Shown here: piece by piece, positions 19,783 through 34,785 of the stretch
How positions within the stretch are numbered: the stretch's first letter is position 1
Layout of the letters: each line of letters starts with the position of its first letter
From: Shigella phage JK32
Length of the DNA: 64,000 nucleotides
Strand: one strand, 5' to 3'
Sequence record: MK962753.1
Position numbers and translations under genes: made by a program
The notes under the pieces: generated by a model
What the model was told of the DNA's origin: nothing
Database searches by the model: none
Seen by the model: only the letters and a program-made list of their open reading frames with translations

Positions 19783-21183
19783 ATGGCAAACAATACTATT
19801 AACCATGTAAAAGACGATGCTCAATACGTCAAGTTTAACCCTGTAAATGATTGGCCTCAAAGCATTACCAACGTACAAGCGGCTTTAGCCGCTATTAACG
19901 GCTTTGCCGTAAATGGATTACCGGACGCTACGGAAGATACAGCCGGGATCGCTGCAATCGCAACTCAGGAAGAAGTAAACGACGGTACAGTAGACAATAA
20001 GATCGTGACTCCAAAAACACTGGCGGTTAAAAAGTCACGTCCAGATGCCACAAAAGAAGTAAAGGGTATCACCCGATTTGCCACGATGGAAGAATCGCTG
20101 CAAGAGAGCAACGAGAACATGGCAATTGGTCCAGACACACTAAACCATTACTTCACCACTAAAAAGGCGTCAGAGAGCGTTCAGGGGACTATTAAGATAT
20201 GTTCTCTTGAGGCAGCAAAGATTGGCAGTGATGACACAATGGCAGTAACACCGAAAAAGATGCACACTGCCATTGCACAGATTGTACCCGGATTAATTCC
20301 AGATCAAAACACAGCAACCGAAAGCGCACAGGGTTTAGTTCAGTTAGCAACCAATGCGCAAGTTTTACAAGGCCAGATTCGAGAAGGTTTTGCAATTAGC
20401 CCTTATGCATTTGCAAATGCTCGCGCCAATGAGAATCAGGCGGGTACTGTTAAGATCGCCAGCCAGTCACAGATGAATGCTGGTTCAGATGATACTGTAG
20501 TTGTTTCTGCTAAGAAGTTTGCAAGCACTAAGGCAACAACGTCTCAATACGGTATTGTTAAACTACGAGACACCGTAGGAAGTGAGGCTAACGCTGCACT
20601 ATCAGCAAATGCTAAGGTTCTTCCTAGCACTGGCGGTACGGTAAGCGGAAACGTCTATAAAGGTTCTAACTCAGACGGCAACCAGTTTGTTACTAAAAAT
20701 GAATTAGCGAGTCACGCAATGCCAATTGGTGGTATTATCCTTTCTGGATTCAATGCTGATCGCGGTGACTTTCTGATCTGTAATGGTCGTTCACTGAATA
20801 AAAATCAATATCCGCAATTATTTTCTGCGATTGGTTATACCTTTGGTGGTTCAGGTAACAATTTTAACCTTCCTGATATGCGCGGTTTAGTTGCTCGTGG
20901 TTGCGATCATGGAAGAAACTTTGATCCATGCCGTCGATTTGGTTCTTATCAAGAAGACGCAATGCAGAGAATTACTGGTAAATTCCCTGTAGCTGACCGC
21001 TGGCGCGGTTGGTATGGTGGCGCATTTACTGCACAGCGCGGTCAATGGAGCACGAACTATAAAAACGGTGGGGGTGATGATTGGGGTTCTACTGTTAACT
21101 TTGACTCAGGAAGATCCGTAAGAACGGCTAACGAGACTCGCGTCAAGAGTCTGGCATTAAACTACATCATAAGGGTGCGCTAA
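19783..21183 (+). CDS. 12: short tail fiber protein
   Basis: 466 aa; repetitive Ala/Thr/Val-rich N-terminal half; synteny. Confidence 0.7.
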   Translation: MANNTINHVKDDAQYVKFNPVNDWPQSITNVQAALAAINGFAVNGLPDATEDTAGIAAIATQEEVNDGTVDNKIVTPKTLAVKKSRPDATKEVKGITRFATMEESLQESNENMAIGPDTLNHYFTTKKASESVQGTIKICSLEAAKIGSDDTMAVTPKKMHTAIAQIVPGLIPDQNTATESAQGLVQLATNAQVLQGQIREGFAISPYAFANARANENQAGTVKIASQSQMNAGSDDTVVVSAKKFASTKATTSQYGIVKLRDTVGSEANAALSANAKVLPSTGGTVSGNVYKGSNSDGNQFVTKNELASHAMPIGGIILSGFNADRGDFLICNGRSLNKNQYPQLFSAIGYTFGGSGNNFNLPDMRGLVARGCDHGRNFDPCRRFGSYQEDAMQRITGKFPVADRWRGWYGGAFTAQRGQWSTNYKNGGGDDWGSTVNFDSGRSVRTANETRVKSLALNYIIRVR

Positions 21184-22952
21184 TGATTGAACAATTAAAC
21201 ATTCGTAACATTCCTAACGTTGATGGTGTACCGGGCGAAGGCCAACACTCAATCATGTGGATGAAAAATGGTGAATGTTTAAGCGCAGCAACTACCCAGA
21301 CTGGTCATGACGGTACGCTTAACCGCGTACCTTATGCTATTCAGGAAAACGTTGTTCGCTTAGACGAAAACGCTAAAACAACTAAGACAAAAATTAATGA
21401 GATCGTAACTGCCGTTAATGACATTAAAACGACTTTAGGTGCAATCGGTGACGGTAGCGTTATTGATATTGTAAACCAAACAATCGAACATGTCAATGCA
21501 GTCGAGGAAAACTTAGGAGAAACCGCAAGAACTCTCCAGACTGCCGTAACTGGTCTGGAAGGTGTTCAAATCAAGATCGGTGTTCGTCCAGCAGCAGATC
21601 CGAGCACACGAACGATCTATGATGATATTTCCTTCATTAAACAGGAGATGGGTGCATATCCGGGATTTAACATCAACGGACAGCCGGAAGCAGATAACTC
21701 CGGTTCTGGTATGAAATATCGTTTAATGCAGAATACAGCAGCATTAAACAACCACGGTCAACGAATCTCCCAATTAGAAAGCGATTGGCAAGATTCTGAT
21801 GTGGGCGATCTGACCGAGAAGGTAAACAAATTTCGTAGCGAACTAGGCGACACTTCCCTAGCCACACAGGATAATGTTTATCTTCGCTTGCGTACCAATA
21901 CCCGCAATATTGCTAACTTATCAAATGAAGTCTTAGAAGTCAAGAAAGCAATTTTATTCGATGCGGTTCCTGATATCGGGACGAAAGTAACAAACCTTAC
22001 TGCAAACTTTGACCGTTTAGACAGTGAAGTCAACGGCGTAGATTCTGGTATTCGTCCGCGACTGACGGCAATCGAAAATAAAATTGGCAATCCTCAAGCC
22101 GCAGGAAGTCTTGATTATCGTTTAACTAATCAGGAACGAGAATTTAATGACCTGAAAGTTACAGTTGGTGTTAGTGGCGCAGATGGCCTACGCGGTGAAG
22201 TTGCACGGTTGACTAACCAGATCGGGACCGACGTTGATCGTCATACTATCGCCGGACGAATCAAGATTATCGAAAACACACAAGGCCGTTTAGAAGCAAG
22301 TGTCCAGGACATTGAGCAAATGGTAGGCAATGCGCAATCCGGTATTGTCGCTGGTGTGATGAAACTGTCAACTGATATGTATGGTGATCCACAAGGCGCT
22401 GATCAGTTTACTCAAGATGGTATTGTGAAAACTGTCAAGGCGATCCAAAAATCTGATGCTGGTAAAGTCTCCGATGTTCCTGATGATGGGTATCATTATC
22501 TGCGTAAACACGGTGAATGGGTACAAGTGGCATATGCGGCGGGGGCATTCAAAAACACTACCGATATTACACTAGAACTTGATGCACAAGACACATACAA
22601 GGGTATTCCTTTGACGGACATGACCGCAGAAGTTCCGGTACGTCAGATGGTTAAAAGCGATTCGCTGGTTACTGTACAGGATAAAGGTTTATTCCGTTGT
22701 GTATTCCGCACATCGATTCACGCACAGCATAATGCTACCTTCGTGGTCGGTATTTTCAAAAACGGGCAAATTGTGCACGAGGTAAGAAATGGTCATTATG
22801 GAACTGATGAATTAATTAGCTATTCTACCAGTGCTTTCCTAAATATTGAAAAGGGCGACCGGATCGATATTCGTATTAAGGGTGTATCCGAAGAAGCATT
22901 AGCGCAACCGCTACAAATTAAAGAGTTCCTCTTTGGAATTTCTCCGGTATAA
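21183..22952 (+). CDS. wac: fibritin (whisker) with foldon-like motif and extra C-terminal domain
   Basis: 589 aa; long coiled-coil region; foldon-like GYHYLRKHGEWVQV followed by about 130 further residues. Confidence 0.65.
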   Translation: MIEQLNIRNIPNVDGVPGEGQHSIMWMKNGECLSAATTQTGHDGTLNRVPYAIQENVVRLDENAKTTKTKINEIVTAVNDIKTTLGAIGDGSVIDIVNQTIEHVNAVEENLGETARTLQTAVTGLEGVQIKIGVRPAADPSTRTIYDDISFIKQEMGAYPGFNINGQPEADNSGSGMKYRLMQNTAALNNHGQRISQLESDWQDSDVGDLTEKVNKFRSELGDTSLATQDNVYLRLRTNTRNIANLSNEVLEVKKAILFDAVPDIGTKVTNLTANFDRLDSEVNGVDSGIRPRLTAIENKIGNPQAAGSLDYRLTNQEREFNDLKVTVGVSGADGLRGEVARLTNQIGTDVDRHTIAGRIKIIENTQGRLEASVQDIEQMVGNAQSGIVAGVMKLSTDMYGDPQGADQFTQDGIVKTVKAIQKSDAGKVSDVPDDGYHYLRKHGEWVQVAYAAGAFKNTTDITLELDAQDTYKGIPLTDMTAEVPVRQMVKSDSLVTVQDKGLFRCVFRTSIHAQHNATFVVGIFKNGQIVHEVRNGHYGTDELISYSTSAFLNIEKGDRIDIRIKGVSEEALAQPLQIKEFLFGISPV

Positions 22953-22958
22953 GAAATT

Positions 22959-22980
22959 AAAGGGGCGTTAAGCCCCTTTT
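22959..22980 (+). terminator. rho-independent terminator after wac
   Basis: AAAGGGGC-GTTAA-GCCCCTTTT hairpin with T-run. Confidence 0.6.
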
Positions 22981-22998
22981 CCGTTTATAGGTGATATT

Positions 22999-23931
22999 AT
23001 GTCAGGATATGTAACCAATAACCCAAGAGAATTAAAAGACGCTATTCTGCGTCGTTTAGGCGCACCAGTAATTAACGTAGAAGTCACAGAAGACCAGATT
23101 TACGATTGTATTCAGAGAGCACTAGAACTCTATGGGGAATATCATTTCGATGGTGTGAATAAAGGATATAAAGTATTTCGTGTTAGTGCAGAGCAAGCGC
23201 AACACGGGGTATTTGATTTAAGCGACTCTGGGGTATTCGCAGTAACTAAAATTATTCGAACAAACGTAGGTAGCGCGGCTACGATGGATGGTACTGCCGT
23301 TTATCCGTGGTTTACTGACTTTCTGTTGGGTTTAGCGGGTGTAAATGGCGGTTTAGGATCTGGCTGTAGTAAATTTTATGGTCCAAATGCAATGGGCGGT
23401 GATCTGGGATATTTCGAACAGCTTATGAGCTATCGCGCAACTATGCAAAACATGCTTAATCCTCTTCCCGATTACTGGTATAACAGCGCAAACGGACAAC
23501 TTAAGATCACTGGTAATTTTCGAGAAGGTGATCTCATTGTAGTTGAATTGTATGTTAAAAGCTATGTAGACGTTCCTGATATGATAGGAGCGGTCGCTGG
23601 CTATGCTCATGCTGGAGGATGCTCTACCGCTGGCGGAATTAGTGCTGTTTATGATAACCCAACCGCAGGATTGAGCGGGATTTCGGCAGGAATGGGACCA
23701 ATTAGAGAAAACAAACAGGGTGCATATAATAACCGTTGGGTGAAAGATATGGCTACCGCCTTCACTAAGGAGGTTTGGGGGTCAATCATGGCTAAACATC
23801 AAGGTCTGCAATTACCCGGCGGTGTCACTGTTGATGGTATACGAATCATTGAAGAAGCACGCGCCGACATTGAGAAATTGCGACAAGAATTAGAATTATT
23901 AGATCCTCCGTTCGGCATCCTCATGATTTGA
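22999..23931 (+). CDS. 13: neck protein
   Basis: 310 aa (T4 gp13 about 309 aa); synteny. Confidence 0.7.
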   Translation: MSGYVTNNPRELKDAILRRLGAPVINVEVTEDQIYDCIQRALELYGEYHFDGVNKGYKVFRVSAEQAQHGVFDLSDSGVFAVTKIIRTNVGSAATMDGTAVYPWFTDFLLGLAGVNGGLGSGCSKFYGPNAMGGDLGYFEQLMSYRATMQNMLNPLPDYWYNSANGQLKITGNFREGDLIVVELYVKSYVDVPDMIGAVAGYAHAGGCSTAGGISAVYDNPTAGLSGISAGMGPIRENKQGAYNNRWVKDMATAFTKEVWGSIMAKHQGLQLPGGVTVDGIRIIEEARADIEKLRQELELLDPPFGILMI

Positions 23932-23967
23932 TTTATTGGGGGAGTATTCCCCCATTTGGAGTAACAT

Positions 23968-24708
23968 ATGTTTAACAACACTCTTTTTGCTCGCCTTGAA
24001 TCGCAAAAGGATTATGAGAATACACGACAAACAGAGATTCTTAATCCTTATGTGAACTTTCACAAATATACAAATACTCAGACGTTAGCCGACGTTATGG
24101 TCGCCGAAGCTATTCAGATGCGAGGTGTAGAATTATATTACATCCCTCGTGAATTTGTCAAACCAGATATGATATTTGGCGAGGATGTTCAAAGCAAATT
24201 TACTAAAGCATGGAAATTTGCGGCTTATATTAACTCATTTGATGGGTATGAAGGAGCGGGTAACTTCTTCTCTAGTTTCGGTTATCAAGCCAATGATGAA
24301 CTAACTTTTACGGTTAACCCCAACCTATTCAAGCATCAAGTAGATGATCAAGAGCCAAAATCAGGTGACTTGATTTATATTCCAATGAGTAATGATCTCT
24401 TTGAAATCAATTACGTCGAGCCATATCAGCCGTTTTTTCAGGCTGGCAAAAATGCCATGCGTAAAATTATTGCAGAGAAATTCGTGTATAGCGGTGAGGA
24501 ATTGCGACCAGAATTACAACGCAATGAGGGAATTAATGTTGATGAGTTTGCGGATCTGGATCTTGCACCGATCACTAATCTGGATGGGTTAACGGATATC
24601 AACTTAGATCAGTACAAAGAAGATAAGCAATTCAGAAGCGAAGGACAAGATTTTATTGACCCATTTGATCCTATTAATGGCAAGGGTTCACCTTTCGCCG
24701 ATTTTTGA
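23968..24708 (+). CDS. 14: neck protein
   Basis: 246 aa; synteny. Confidence 0.65.
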   Translation: MFNNTLFARLESQKDYENTRQTEILNPYVNFHKYTNTQTLADVMVAEAIQMRGVELYYIPREFVKPDMIFGEDVQSKFTKAWKFAAYINSFDGYEGAGNFFSSFGYQANDELTFTVNPNLFKHQVDDQEPKSGDLIYIPMSNDLFEINYVEPYQPFFQAGKNAMRKIIAEKFVYSGEELRPELQRNEGINVDEFADLDLAPITNLDGLTDINLDQYKEDKQFRSEGQDFIDPFDPINGKGSPFADF

Positions 24709-25568
24709 TAAATACTCATAAACAAGGGGGTCAAATGTTCGGTTGGCACTATAATTCGTCAATTAGACGGTATATTGTATTGCTGGGTAATTTATTCTCC
24801 GGCGTACAAATTAAAAGGGTGCGCAGTGACGGTGAGCGTTTTATTAAAGTTCCTATCACCTACGCAAAGAAAGAAAAATTCATGATGAGTCTGGACAAAT
24901 ATAACAATATCTCAAGTGAGGAAGACGTAGCAAAGGTAGAAACTATTTTACCTCGTATGTGTCTTTCTTTGATTGATATGACATACGCCCAGAACTTTAA
25001 AACCAATATTGCAAATAAGACAGTACCAAAATATACAGCGGATGGAATCAGGAGCGTAACACAATATAATCCTGTACCATATAAGTTTACTTTCGAGTTG
25101 GGGATTTATACGCGTAACGAAGATGATATGTTTCAGATAATTGAACAGATTCTTCCTTACTTCCAGCCTCATTTTAACTGTAAGATTAAAGAACTACACG
25201 GTAATGATGTATGGATTGATCGAGATATTCAGGTCACAATTAGTTCTATTACTCCAGATGAACAGGTAGGCGAAGATAAGTTTTCTCGTCGTCGTCTTGA
25301 GTGGACCATTATGTTTGAGTTCATCGGGTTTATCTATCCTCCAGCTACCGACGTTAAGGGGGAAATCAGAACGATTTATCTTGATTTTCATGCTAATTCT
25401 CGTGAATTAAATCCTAGCGGTAATTTTGAATCTGTGGATCACGAGGTCGTTAAACGTGATGTTGAGCAAGAAGATTGGGACGGAACTATCAAAGAATCAT
25501 ATTCTAGTGATATTCCAATACCAGTTGCACCAACTCCACCGGGTCCACGTATTGTAAGAGAATTTTAA
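24705..25568 (+). CDS. 15: tail sheath stabilizer / tail terminator protein
   Basis: 287 aa; synteny. Confidence 0.65.
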   Translation: MINTHKQGGQMFGWHYNSSIRRYIVLLGNLFSGVQIKRVRSDGERFIKVPITYAKKEKFMMSLDKYNNISSEEDVAKVETILPRMCLSLIDMTYAQNFKTNIANKTVPKYTADGIRSVTQYNPVPYKFTFELGIYTRNEDDMFQIIEQILPYFQPHFNCKIKELHGNDVWIDRDIQVTISSITPDEQVGEDKFSRRRLEWTIMFEFIGFIYPPATDVKGEIRTIYLDFHANSRELNPSGNFESVDHEVVKRDVEQEDWDGTIKESYSSDIPIPVAPTPPGPRIVREF

Positions 25569-25581
25569 GAGGTAAATTATT

Positions 25582-29190
<3,609 letters not shown>

Positions 29191-29221
29191 CGATAATGCA
29201 TAAAAAGATGAGGAAATTCTA

Positions 29222-31219
29222 ATGACTCTATTATCACCGGGTTTCGAAACGAAAGAAACTACTCTCTCCACTACCATTGTGCAATCTGCGACTGGTCGCG
29301 CGGCACTGGTGGGTAAATTCCAATGGGGTCCAGCTTTCCAGATTGTTCAAGTAACTAATGAAGTTGAATTAGTTAATAAATTTGGTCAGCCGGATAATAA
29401 CACCGCAGACTATTTCATGAGCGGGGCTAACTTCCTCCAGTATGGCAATGATCTGCGTGTTGTTCGTGTATTGAATACAGAAAAAGCGAAAAACTCCACC
29501 ACTCTCGCGGGTAACGTTGCATTTGAAATTACCAACGAAGGTTCCAACTATAAAGTTGGTGACGTAATTAAAGTAAAATATAAAAACTCAGAAATTGAAA
29601 CAGGCGGTAAAGTTACTAAAGTAAGCACCGAAGGTAAAGTTAAGGGAATCTTTATTCCGACTGGTAAGCTGATCGCACACGCTAAAGCTGTTGGTACTTA
29701 CCCAGAAGTAAACGGATATACCGTAGAAATCACTTCCGGTACGGGTAACTCTTCGGCATCTATTACTATTTCCAGCATTGTGACAGATTCCGGCTTGCTG
29801 TTAACCGACCTAGAAACTTCTCGCTCTAATATCACTAATCAGACTTTCTTGACCAAGCTGAAAAAATATGATATGCCAGCGGTGAGCGCAATCTATGCAG
29901 GTGAGATCGGAAACTCTCTGGAAGTTGAAATCCTTTCCCGTAGTGCATTTACTGGAACTGCTCCGAATCTGACCATGTATCCTTACGGTGGCGAACGTAC
30001 CGCTGCACGCAATCTGGTGGCATACGGTCCGCAGAATGATAACCAGTACGCATTTATTGTACGTCGTGATGGCGTTATGGTAGAATCCTTTGTACTATCC
30101 ACCGTAAAAGGTGATAAGGATGTTTACGGCAATTCCATTTATATGGATGATTTCTTTGCTCGTGGCGCAAGTCAGTACATCTACGCAACCGCTCAAGGCT
30201 GGGTGGATGGGTTTAGTGGCATCATCTCTCTTGCGGGTGGTCTGTCTGCTAATGAAGCATCCACCAACGACCATCAAAATGACCCGTTTATCGGTGCGAT
30301 GATGCAAGGTTGGGATTTGTTCGCTGAACGTGAAACTATCCACGTAAACCTGCTTATTGCGGGTGCTTGCGCTGGTGAAGGTGATAACTTCTCTACCGTA
30401 CAGAAATATGCTGTTTCCATCGGTGATGAGCGTCAGGATTGCTTAGTGATGGTTTCTCCGCCACGTAGCACCGTTGTTAATATTCCGGTCACTACCGCAA
30501 TTGATAACCTGATCCACTGGCGCGAAGGTAGCAACAACTACTCAGACAACAACATGAACATTAATACCACTTACGCGGTTATTGATGGTAACTACAAATA
30601 TCAGTATGACAAATATAACGATGTAAACCGTTGGGTTCCGTTGGCTGCTGATATTGCTGGCTTGTGTGCTCGTACTGATGCTGTATCCCAGCCGTGGATG
30701 AGTCCGGCAGGTTATAACCGTGGTCAGATCATGAACGTGGTTAAACTGGCAATTGAGCCTCGCAAGGCGCACCGTGACCGTCTGTATCAGGCCGCAATTA
30801 ACCCGGTAATCGGTGCTGGTGGTGAAGGTTTTATCCTGATGGGTGATAAAACCGCTACGACTGTTCCTAGCCCGTTTGACCGAATTAACGTTCGTCGTCT
30901 GTTTAACATGCTGAAAAAGAATATCGGTGATTCAAGCAAATACAAACTGTTTGAAAACAATGATAACTTTACTCGCGCTTCCTTCCGTATGGAGGTTTCG
31001 CAATATCTCAGCACGATTCGCTCTCTGGGTGGCATTTATGACTTCCGAGTACAATGCGACACCACAAATAACACGCCAGATGTAATTGATCGTAACGAAT
31101 TTGTTGCTAGCATGTTCATCAAACCAGCAAAATCGATCAACTATATCATGCTCAATTTCACTGCTGTTGCAACTGGTGCTGATTTTGACGAAATTATCGG
31201 TCCGGCTAACCAGGCATAA
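29222..31219 (+). CDS. 18: tail sheath protein
   Basis: 665 aa (T4 gp18 about 659 aa); synteny. Confidence 0.85.
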   Translation: MTLLSPGFETKETTLSTTIVQSATGRAALVGKFQWGPAFQIVQVTNEVELVNKFGQPDNNTADYFMSGANFLQYGNDLRVVRVLNTEKAKNSTTLAGNVAFEITNEGSNYKVGDVIKVKYKNSEIETGGKVTKVSTEGKVKGIFIPTGKLIAHAKAVGTYPEVNGYTVEITSGTGNSSASITISSIVTDSGLLLTDLETSRSNITNQTFLTKLKKYDMPAVSAIYAGEIGNSLEVEILSRSAFTGTAPNLTMYPYGGERTAARNLVAYGPQNDNQYAFIVRRDGVMVESFVLSTVKGDKDVYGNSIYMDDFFARGASQYIYATAQGWVDGFSGIISLAGGLSANEASTNDHQNDPFIGAMMQGWDLFAERETIHVNLLIAGACAGEGDNFSTVQKYAVSIGDERQDCLVMVSPPRSTVVNIPVTTAIDNLIHWREGSNNYSDNNMNINTTYAVIDGNYKYQYDKYNDVNRWVPLAADIAGLCARTDAVSQPWMSPAGYNRGQIMNVVKLAIEPRKAHRDRLYQAAINPVIGAGGEGFILMGDKTATTVPSPFDRINVRRLFNMLKKNIGDSSKYKLFENNDNFTRASFRMEVSQYLSTIRSLGGIYDFRVQCDTTNNTPDVIDRNEFVASMFIKPAKSINYIMLNFTAVATGADFDEIIGPANQA

Positions 31220-31292
31220 TCAGTAAATTAGCATAGATTAAAAGTTAAATCAAGCGGGGAGAAGTTCCCCGCTCTATTAAGGAATATCAATT

Positions 31293-31787
31293 ATGGCACT
31301 CGATTTGAATGATATTACACGCGGTTTCGAGTCTGGCGATTTTGCTCGTCCTAACCTGTTTGAAGTTGAGATCCCATATCTGGGGCAAAACTTTAAGCTG
31401 ATGTGTAAGGCTGCTACTGTCCCGGCTGCTACCGTAGAAAAAATCGCTGTAGGTTATCAAAACCGTAAAATTAACATCGCTGGCGACCGTGTATACGACG
31501 ACTGGACCATCACTGTATTCAACGATGACGCACACAAGATCCGTGATGCTATCGTTGCATGGAGCGATCAGACACATGGCACTGGTTCGGCGATCACGGG
31601 TGCAACTCCGGCACAATATAAGAAACAAGCTATTGTTCGTCAACTTAACCGTAACACCGAAGCATCAAGCGAAAAAACATTGTACGGTATTTTCCCGCTT
31701 AATGTCGGTGAAGTTACTCTCGATTGGGATCAAAACAACGAAGTTGAAACCTTCGAGGTTACTTTCGCTATCGATTGGGTAGAATAA
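31293..31787 (+). CDS. 19: tail tube protein
   Basis: 164 aa (T4 gp19 about 163 aa); synteny. Confidence 0.85.
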   Translation: MALDLNDITRGFESGDFARPNLFEVEIPYLGQNFKLMCKAATVPAATVEKIAVGYQNRKINIAGDRVYDDWTITVFNDDAHKIRDAIVAWSDQTHGTGSAITGATPAQYKKQAIVRQLNRNTEASSEKTLYGIFPLNVGEVTLDWDQNNEVETFEVTFAIDWVE

Positions 31788-31843
31788 ATATATTATCACG
31801 CGGGGATTATTCCCCGCTTAATATCTCCCAATCGAGGTGAATA

Positions 31844-33409
31844 ATGTTTAATAGATTAAAGATGCTTGCGCGTTGGGCGGATTTCGACAACGACAAATAC
31901 GAAGAACAAATTAAAGCAAAAGCGGAATCTATCGCTGCACCAAATAACAGTGATGGTGCTACGGAAGTAGAAATAAACGATAATACCCCCGCTAGTGCAT
32001 GGAACTCTCTAACACAACAATTTTACAGCACCGACCAGAAGATTAGCAATACTAAACAGCTAATTAACACCTACCGTGGATTAATGAATAACCATGAAGT
32101 AGAAAACGCCGTTCAGAATATTGTTAATGATGCGATTGTATTCGAGGAAGGGCACGATGTTGTATCTCTGAATCTGGATTCTACCGGATTTAGTGAATCG
32201 GTTAAAGAGCGTATTCACGAAGAATTTAAAGATCTCTTAAACACTATCCAGTTTGATAAACGCGGTCAGGATATGTTCCGGCGCTGGTATGTTGATTCCC
32301 GCATTTTCTTCCATAAAATCATCGGAAAGAATCCGAAAGATGGAATTGTGGAATTACGACAACTCGATCCGCGTAATCTGGAATATGTTCGCGAGATTAT
32401 CACAGAAGATACACCGGAAGGTAAAATTTATAAAGCAACGAAAGAATATTTCATTTACAAGGTAGGAAGTGGTTCTTATTGCGCGGGTGGTCAAGTATTC
32501 TCTCCGAATAGTCGCGTTAAAATCCCACGTAGCGCCATCACATATGCGCATAGCGGCTTGATGGATTGCGACGATAAATATATCATTGGTTATTTGCATC
32601 GGGCGGTTAAACCTGCTAACCAGCTTAAATTGCTGGAAGATGCTATGGTCGTTTTCCGTATTACCCGCGCACCTGAACGTAGGGTATTTTTTATCGATAC
32701 CGGAAACATGAACAACCGCAAGGCTGCGCAGCACATGAACTCAGTGGCACAGTCTTTTAAAAACCGCGTTGTTTATGATGCGTCTACGGGTAAATTGAAG
32801 AATCAGCAAGCCAATATTTCTATGACCGAGGATTATTGGTTACAGCGTCGTGATGGTAAGGCTATTACCGATGTAACTACATTACCAGGCGCATCCGGTA
32901 TGAGTGATATCGATGATGTTCGCTACTTTAATCGCAAACTTTATGAAGCATTGCGCGTGCCATTGTCACGTAGTAATCTCTCAGAAGCAAATATGGTTAT
33001 TGGCGGTGACGGTAATGAAATTACCCGCGATGAGCTAGAATTTTCTAAATTCATTCGTACTCTACAGACTCAATTTTCGGAAGTCCTGCGCGATCCTCTT
33101 AAATACAATCTGATTCTCAAAAATGTTATAACAGAAGACGATTGGGATCGTGAAATAAATAATATCAAGGTTGTTTTCCATCGGGACTCTTATTATACAG
33201 AAGTTAAAGACGCGGAAATTTTAGAACGTCGAATCAACCTGATCGAGCGTATCGCCCCTTACATTGGTAAGTATTTCTCTAACCAGACAGTAATGCGCGA
33301 TATTCTGAAATATACCGATGACCAGATGGACACCGAGAAGAAACAGATCGAAGAAGAAGCGAACGATCCGCGCTTTAAACAAACTCCCGATGAAATAGAG
33401 GATTTTTAA
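31844..33409 (+). CDS. 20: portal vertex protein
   Basis: 521 aa (T4 gp20 about 524 aa); synteny. Confidence 0.85.
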   Translation: MFNRLKMLARWADFDNDKYEEQIKAKAESIAAPNNSDGATEVEINDNTPASAWNSLTQQFYSTDQKISNTKQLINTYRGLMNNHEVENAVQNIVNDAIVFEEGHDVVSLNLDSTGFSESVKERIHEEFKDLLNTIQFDKRGQDMFRRWYVDSRIFFHKIIGKNPKDGIVELRQLDPRNLEYVREIITEDTPEGKIYKATKEYFIYKVGSGSYCAGGQVFSPNSRVKIPRSAITYAHSGLMDCDDKYIIGYLHRAVKPANQLKLLEDAMVVFRITRAPERRVFFIDTGNMNNRKAAQHMNSVAQSFKNRVVYDASTGKLKNQQANISMTEDYWLQRRDGKAITDVTTLPGASGMSDIDDVRYFNRKLYEALRVPLSRSNLSEANMVIGGDGNEITRDELEFSKFIRTLQTQFSEVLRDPLKYNLILKNVITEDDWDREINNIKVVFHRDSYYTEVKDAEILERRINLIERIAPYIGKYFSNQTVMRDILKYTDDQMDTEKKQIEEEANDPRFKQTPDEIEDF

Positions 33410-33628
33410 ATGGAAAAATTTATCGAAGCAATTAAAACCCGCGATCTAACGCTGATCGAAAAAGAATTTGATAAGATCATGGAGGCTAAAAAAGCCCAGA
33501 TCATCGAATCCCAGCGTGTAGAAATCGCTTCCAGCGTCATGATCGAAGGTGAAGAAGAAAAAGATCATGACGATGATGAAGCCGAGGAAGAAGATCACGA
33601 AGACGACGAAAAAGACGAAGAAGAATAA
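33410..33628 (+). CDS. 67: prohead core protein
   Basis: 72 aa with very acidic C-terminus; position after gene 20. Confidence 0.5.
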   Translation: MEKFIEAIKTRDLTLIEKEFDKIMEAKKAQIIESQRVEIASSVMIEGEEEKDHDDDEAEEEDHEDDEKDEEE

Positions 33629-33640
33629 CAGGAAGCCAAC

Positions 33641-34048
33641 ATGATTAAAGATTTTACTCCTAAAGCCGAATTAGAAACATTTCTACCGGAAGCACGGGAA
33701 AAGCTCGACATGTTGGCTATGTTTGAGTCAGAAGAACTGTTGAAAATCGTTGAGGGTATTTCCGCAGATGAGCCAGAATTAGCGGTTGCAATGCTGTCTA
33801 TTATCGACGGAATTACTGTAAACGAGGCAATGGTAAAACATGTTAATGCCCGTGGTGAAGTCGCCCGTAAAAAAGACCGTAAAACCCGCGAGCGTAATGC
33901 ATACATGACTACTGGCTTAAGCAAGGCTAAACGCCGTCAGATTGCCCGTCGCGCGGCTAAAACAAAACGCGCTAATCCATCTATCGAACGTCACGCAGAA
34001 CGCAAGCGCAAAAAAGCAATGCGTAAGCGTAAGGCGCTAGGATTATAA
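33641..34048 (+). CDS. 68: prohead core protein
   Basis: 135 aa, basic C-terminus; position. Confidence 0.55.
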   Translation: MIKDFTPKAELETFLPEAREKLDMLAMFESEELLKIVEGISADEPELAVAMLSIIDGITVNEAMVKHVNARGEVARKKDRKTRERNAYMTTGLSKAKRRQIARRAAKTKRANPSIERHAERKRKKAMRKRKALGL

Positions 34049-34059
34049 CAGGAAACAAC

Positions 34060-34755
34060 ATGGAAAAGAACGAATTACTGATCGAACAATGGGGCGCTCC
34101 TTGTGCTCGCGGTAGTTCGTCATTGCTTGAATCATTTGATGATAAGGCTACAGGAAATCTCTATATTCAAGGGATTTTCCTACAAGCCGAAACAGTAAAC
34201 CGTAATAAACGCTGGTATCCACGCGCGGTACTGGAAAAAGCGGTTACTAAATACATTCATGAACAAGTTGAGACACATCAAGCTCTGGGCGAACTGAATC
34301 ATCCAGCAAGGGCAACACCAGATCCATCTAATGCTTGCATCATAATTGAAAAATTGTGGTGGGAAGGTAATAACGTTATGGGTAAAGCTCGCGTTATTGA
34401 AGGTGATAAAGGGGTCGGTGATAAACTCGCTGCATTGATTCGCGCTGGCTGGATTCCTGGCGTTTCCTCCCGTGGATTGGGTCGTTTGAAAGATTCTGGA
34501 CGCGGTTACAATATTGTACAGGAAGGTTTTGTGTTAACGGTTGGTGTCGATGTTGTTTGGGGTCCAAGTGCTCCTGATGCGTGGGTCAAACCAGTGGTTG
34601 AATCAGAAGATATTGATTCTAGCGTCTCAGACGCACCAGAAATCGATAAATTCGAAAAAACGATTAACCCTACACCCTCACAAGAAAACATCGTAGAATC
34701 GAATAATAACGCGTTTATGGCGTTGGCAGAGGCGCTATCTAAACGATATAAATAA
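34060..34755 (+). CDS. 21: prohead core protease
   Basis: 231 aa; position upstream of scaffold gene 22. Confidence 0.75.
   Translation: MEKNELLIEQWGAPCARGSSSLLESFDDKATGNLYIQGIFLQAETVNRNKRWYPRAVLEKAVTKYIHEQVETHQALGELNHPARATPDPSNACIIIEKLWWEGNNVMGKARVIEGDKGVGDKLAALIRAGWIPGVSSRGLGRLKDSGRGYNIVQEGFVLTVGVDVVWGPSAPDAWVKPVVESEDIDSSVSDAPEIDKFEKTINPTPSQENIVESNNNAFMALAEALSKRYK
34747..34754 (+). promoter_or_regulatory. T4-type late promoter TATAAATA
   Basis: Exact octamer about 30 nt upstream of gene 22. Confidence 0.5.
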
Positions 34756-34785
34756 TATTACGTTATCAACAAGAAGGTTATAACC

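Noticed and set aside
31252-31817. GCGGGGA...TCCCCGC hairpins after genes 18 and 19 as terminators
   Set aside because: Both lack a following T-run, so they are more likely attenuators or mRNA-stability hairpins than intrinsic terminators; not listed as terminator features.
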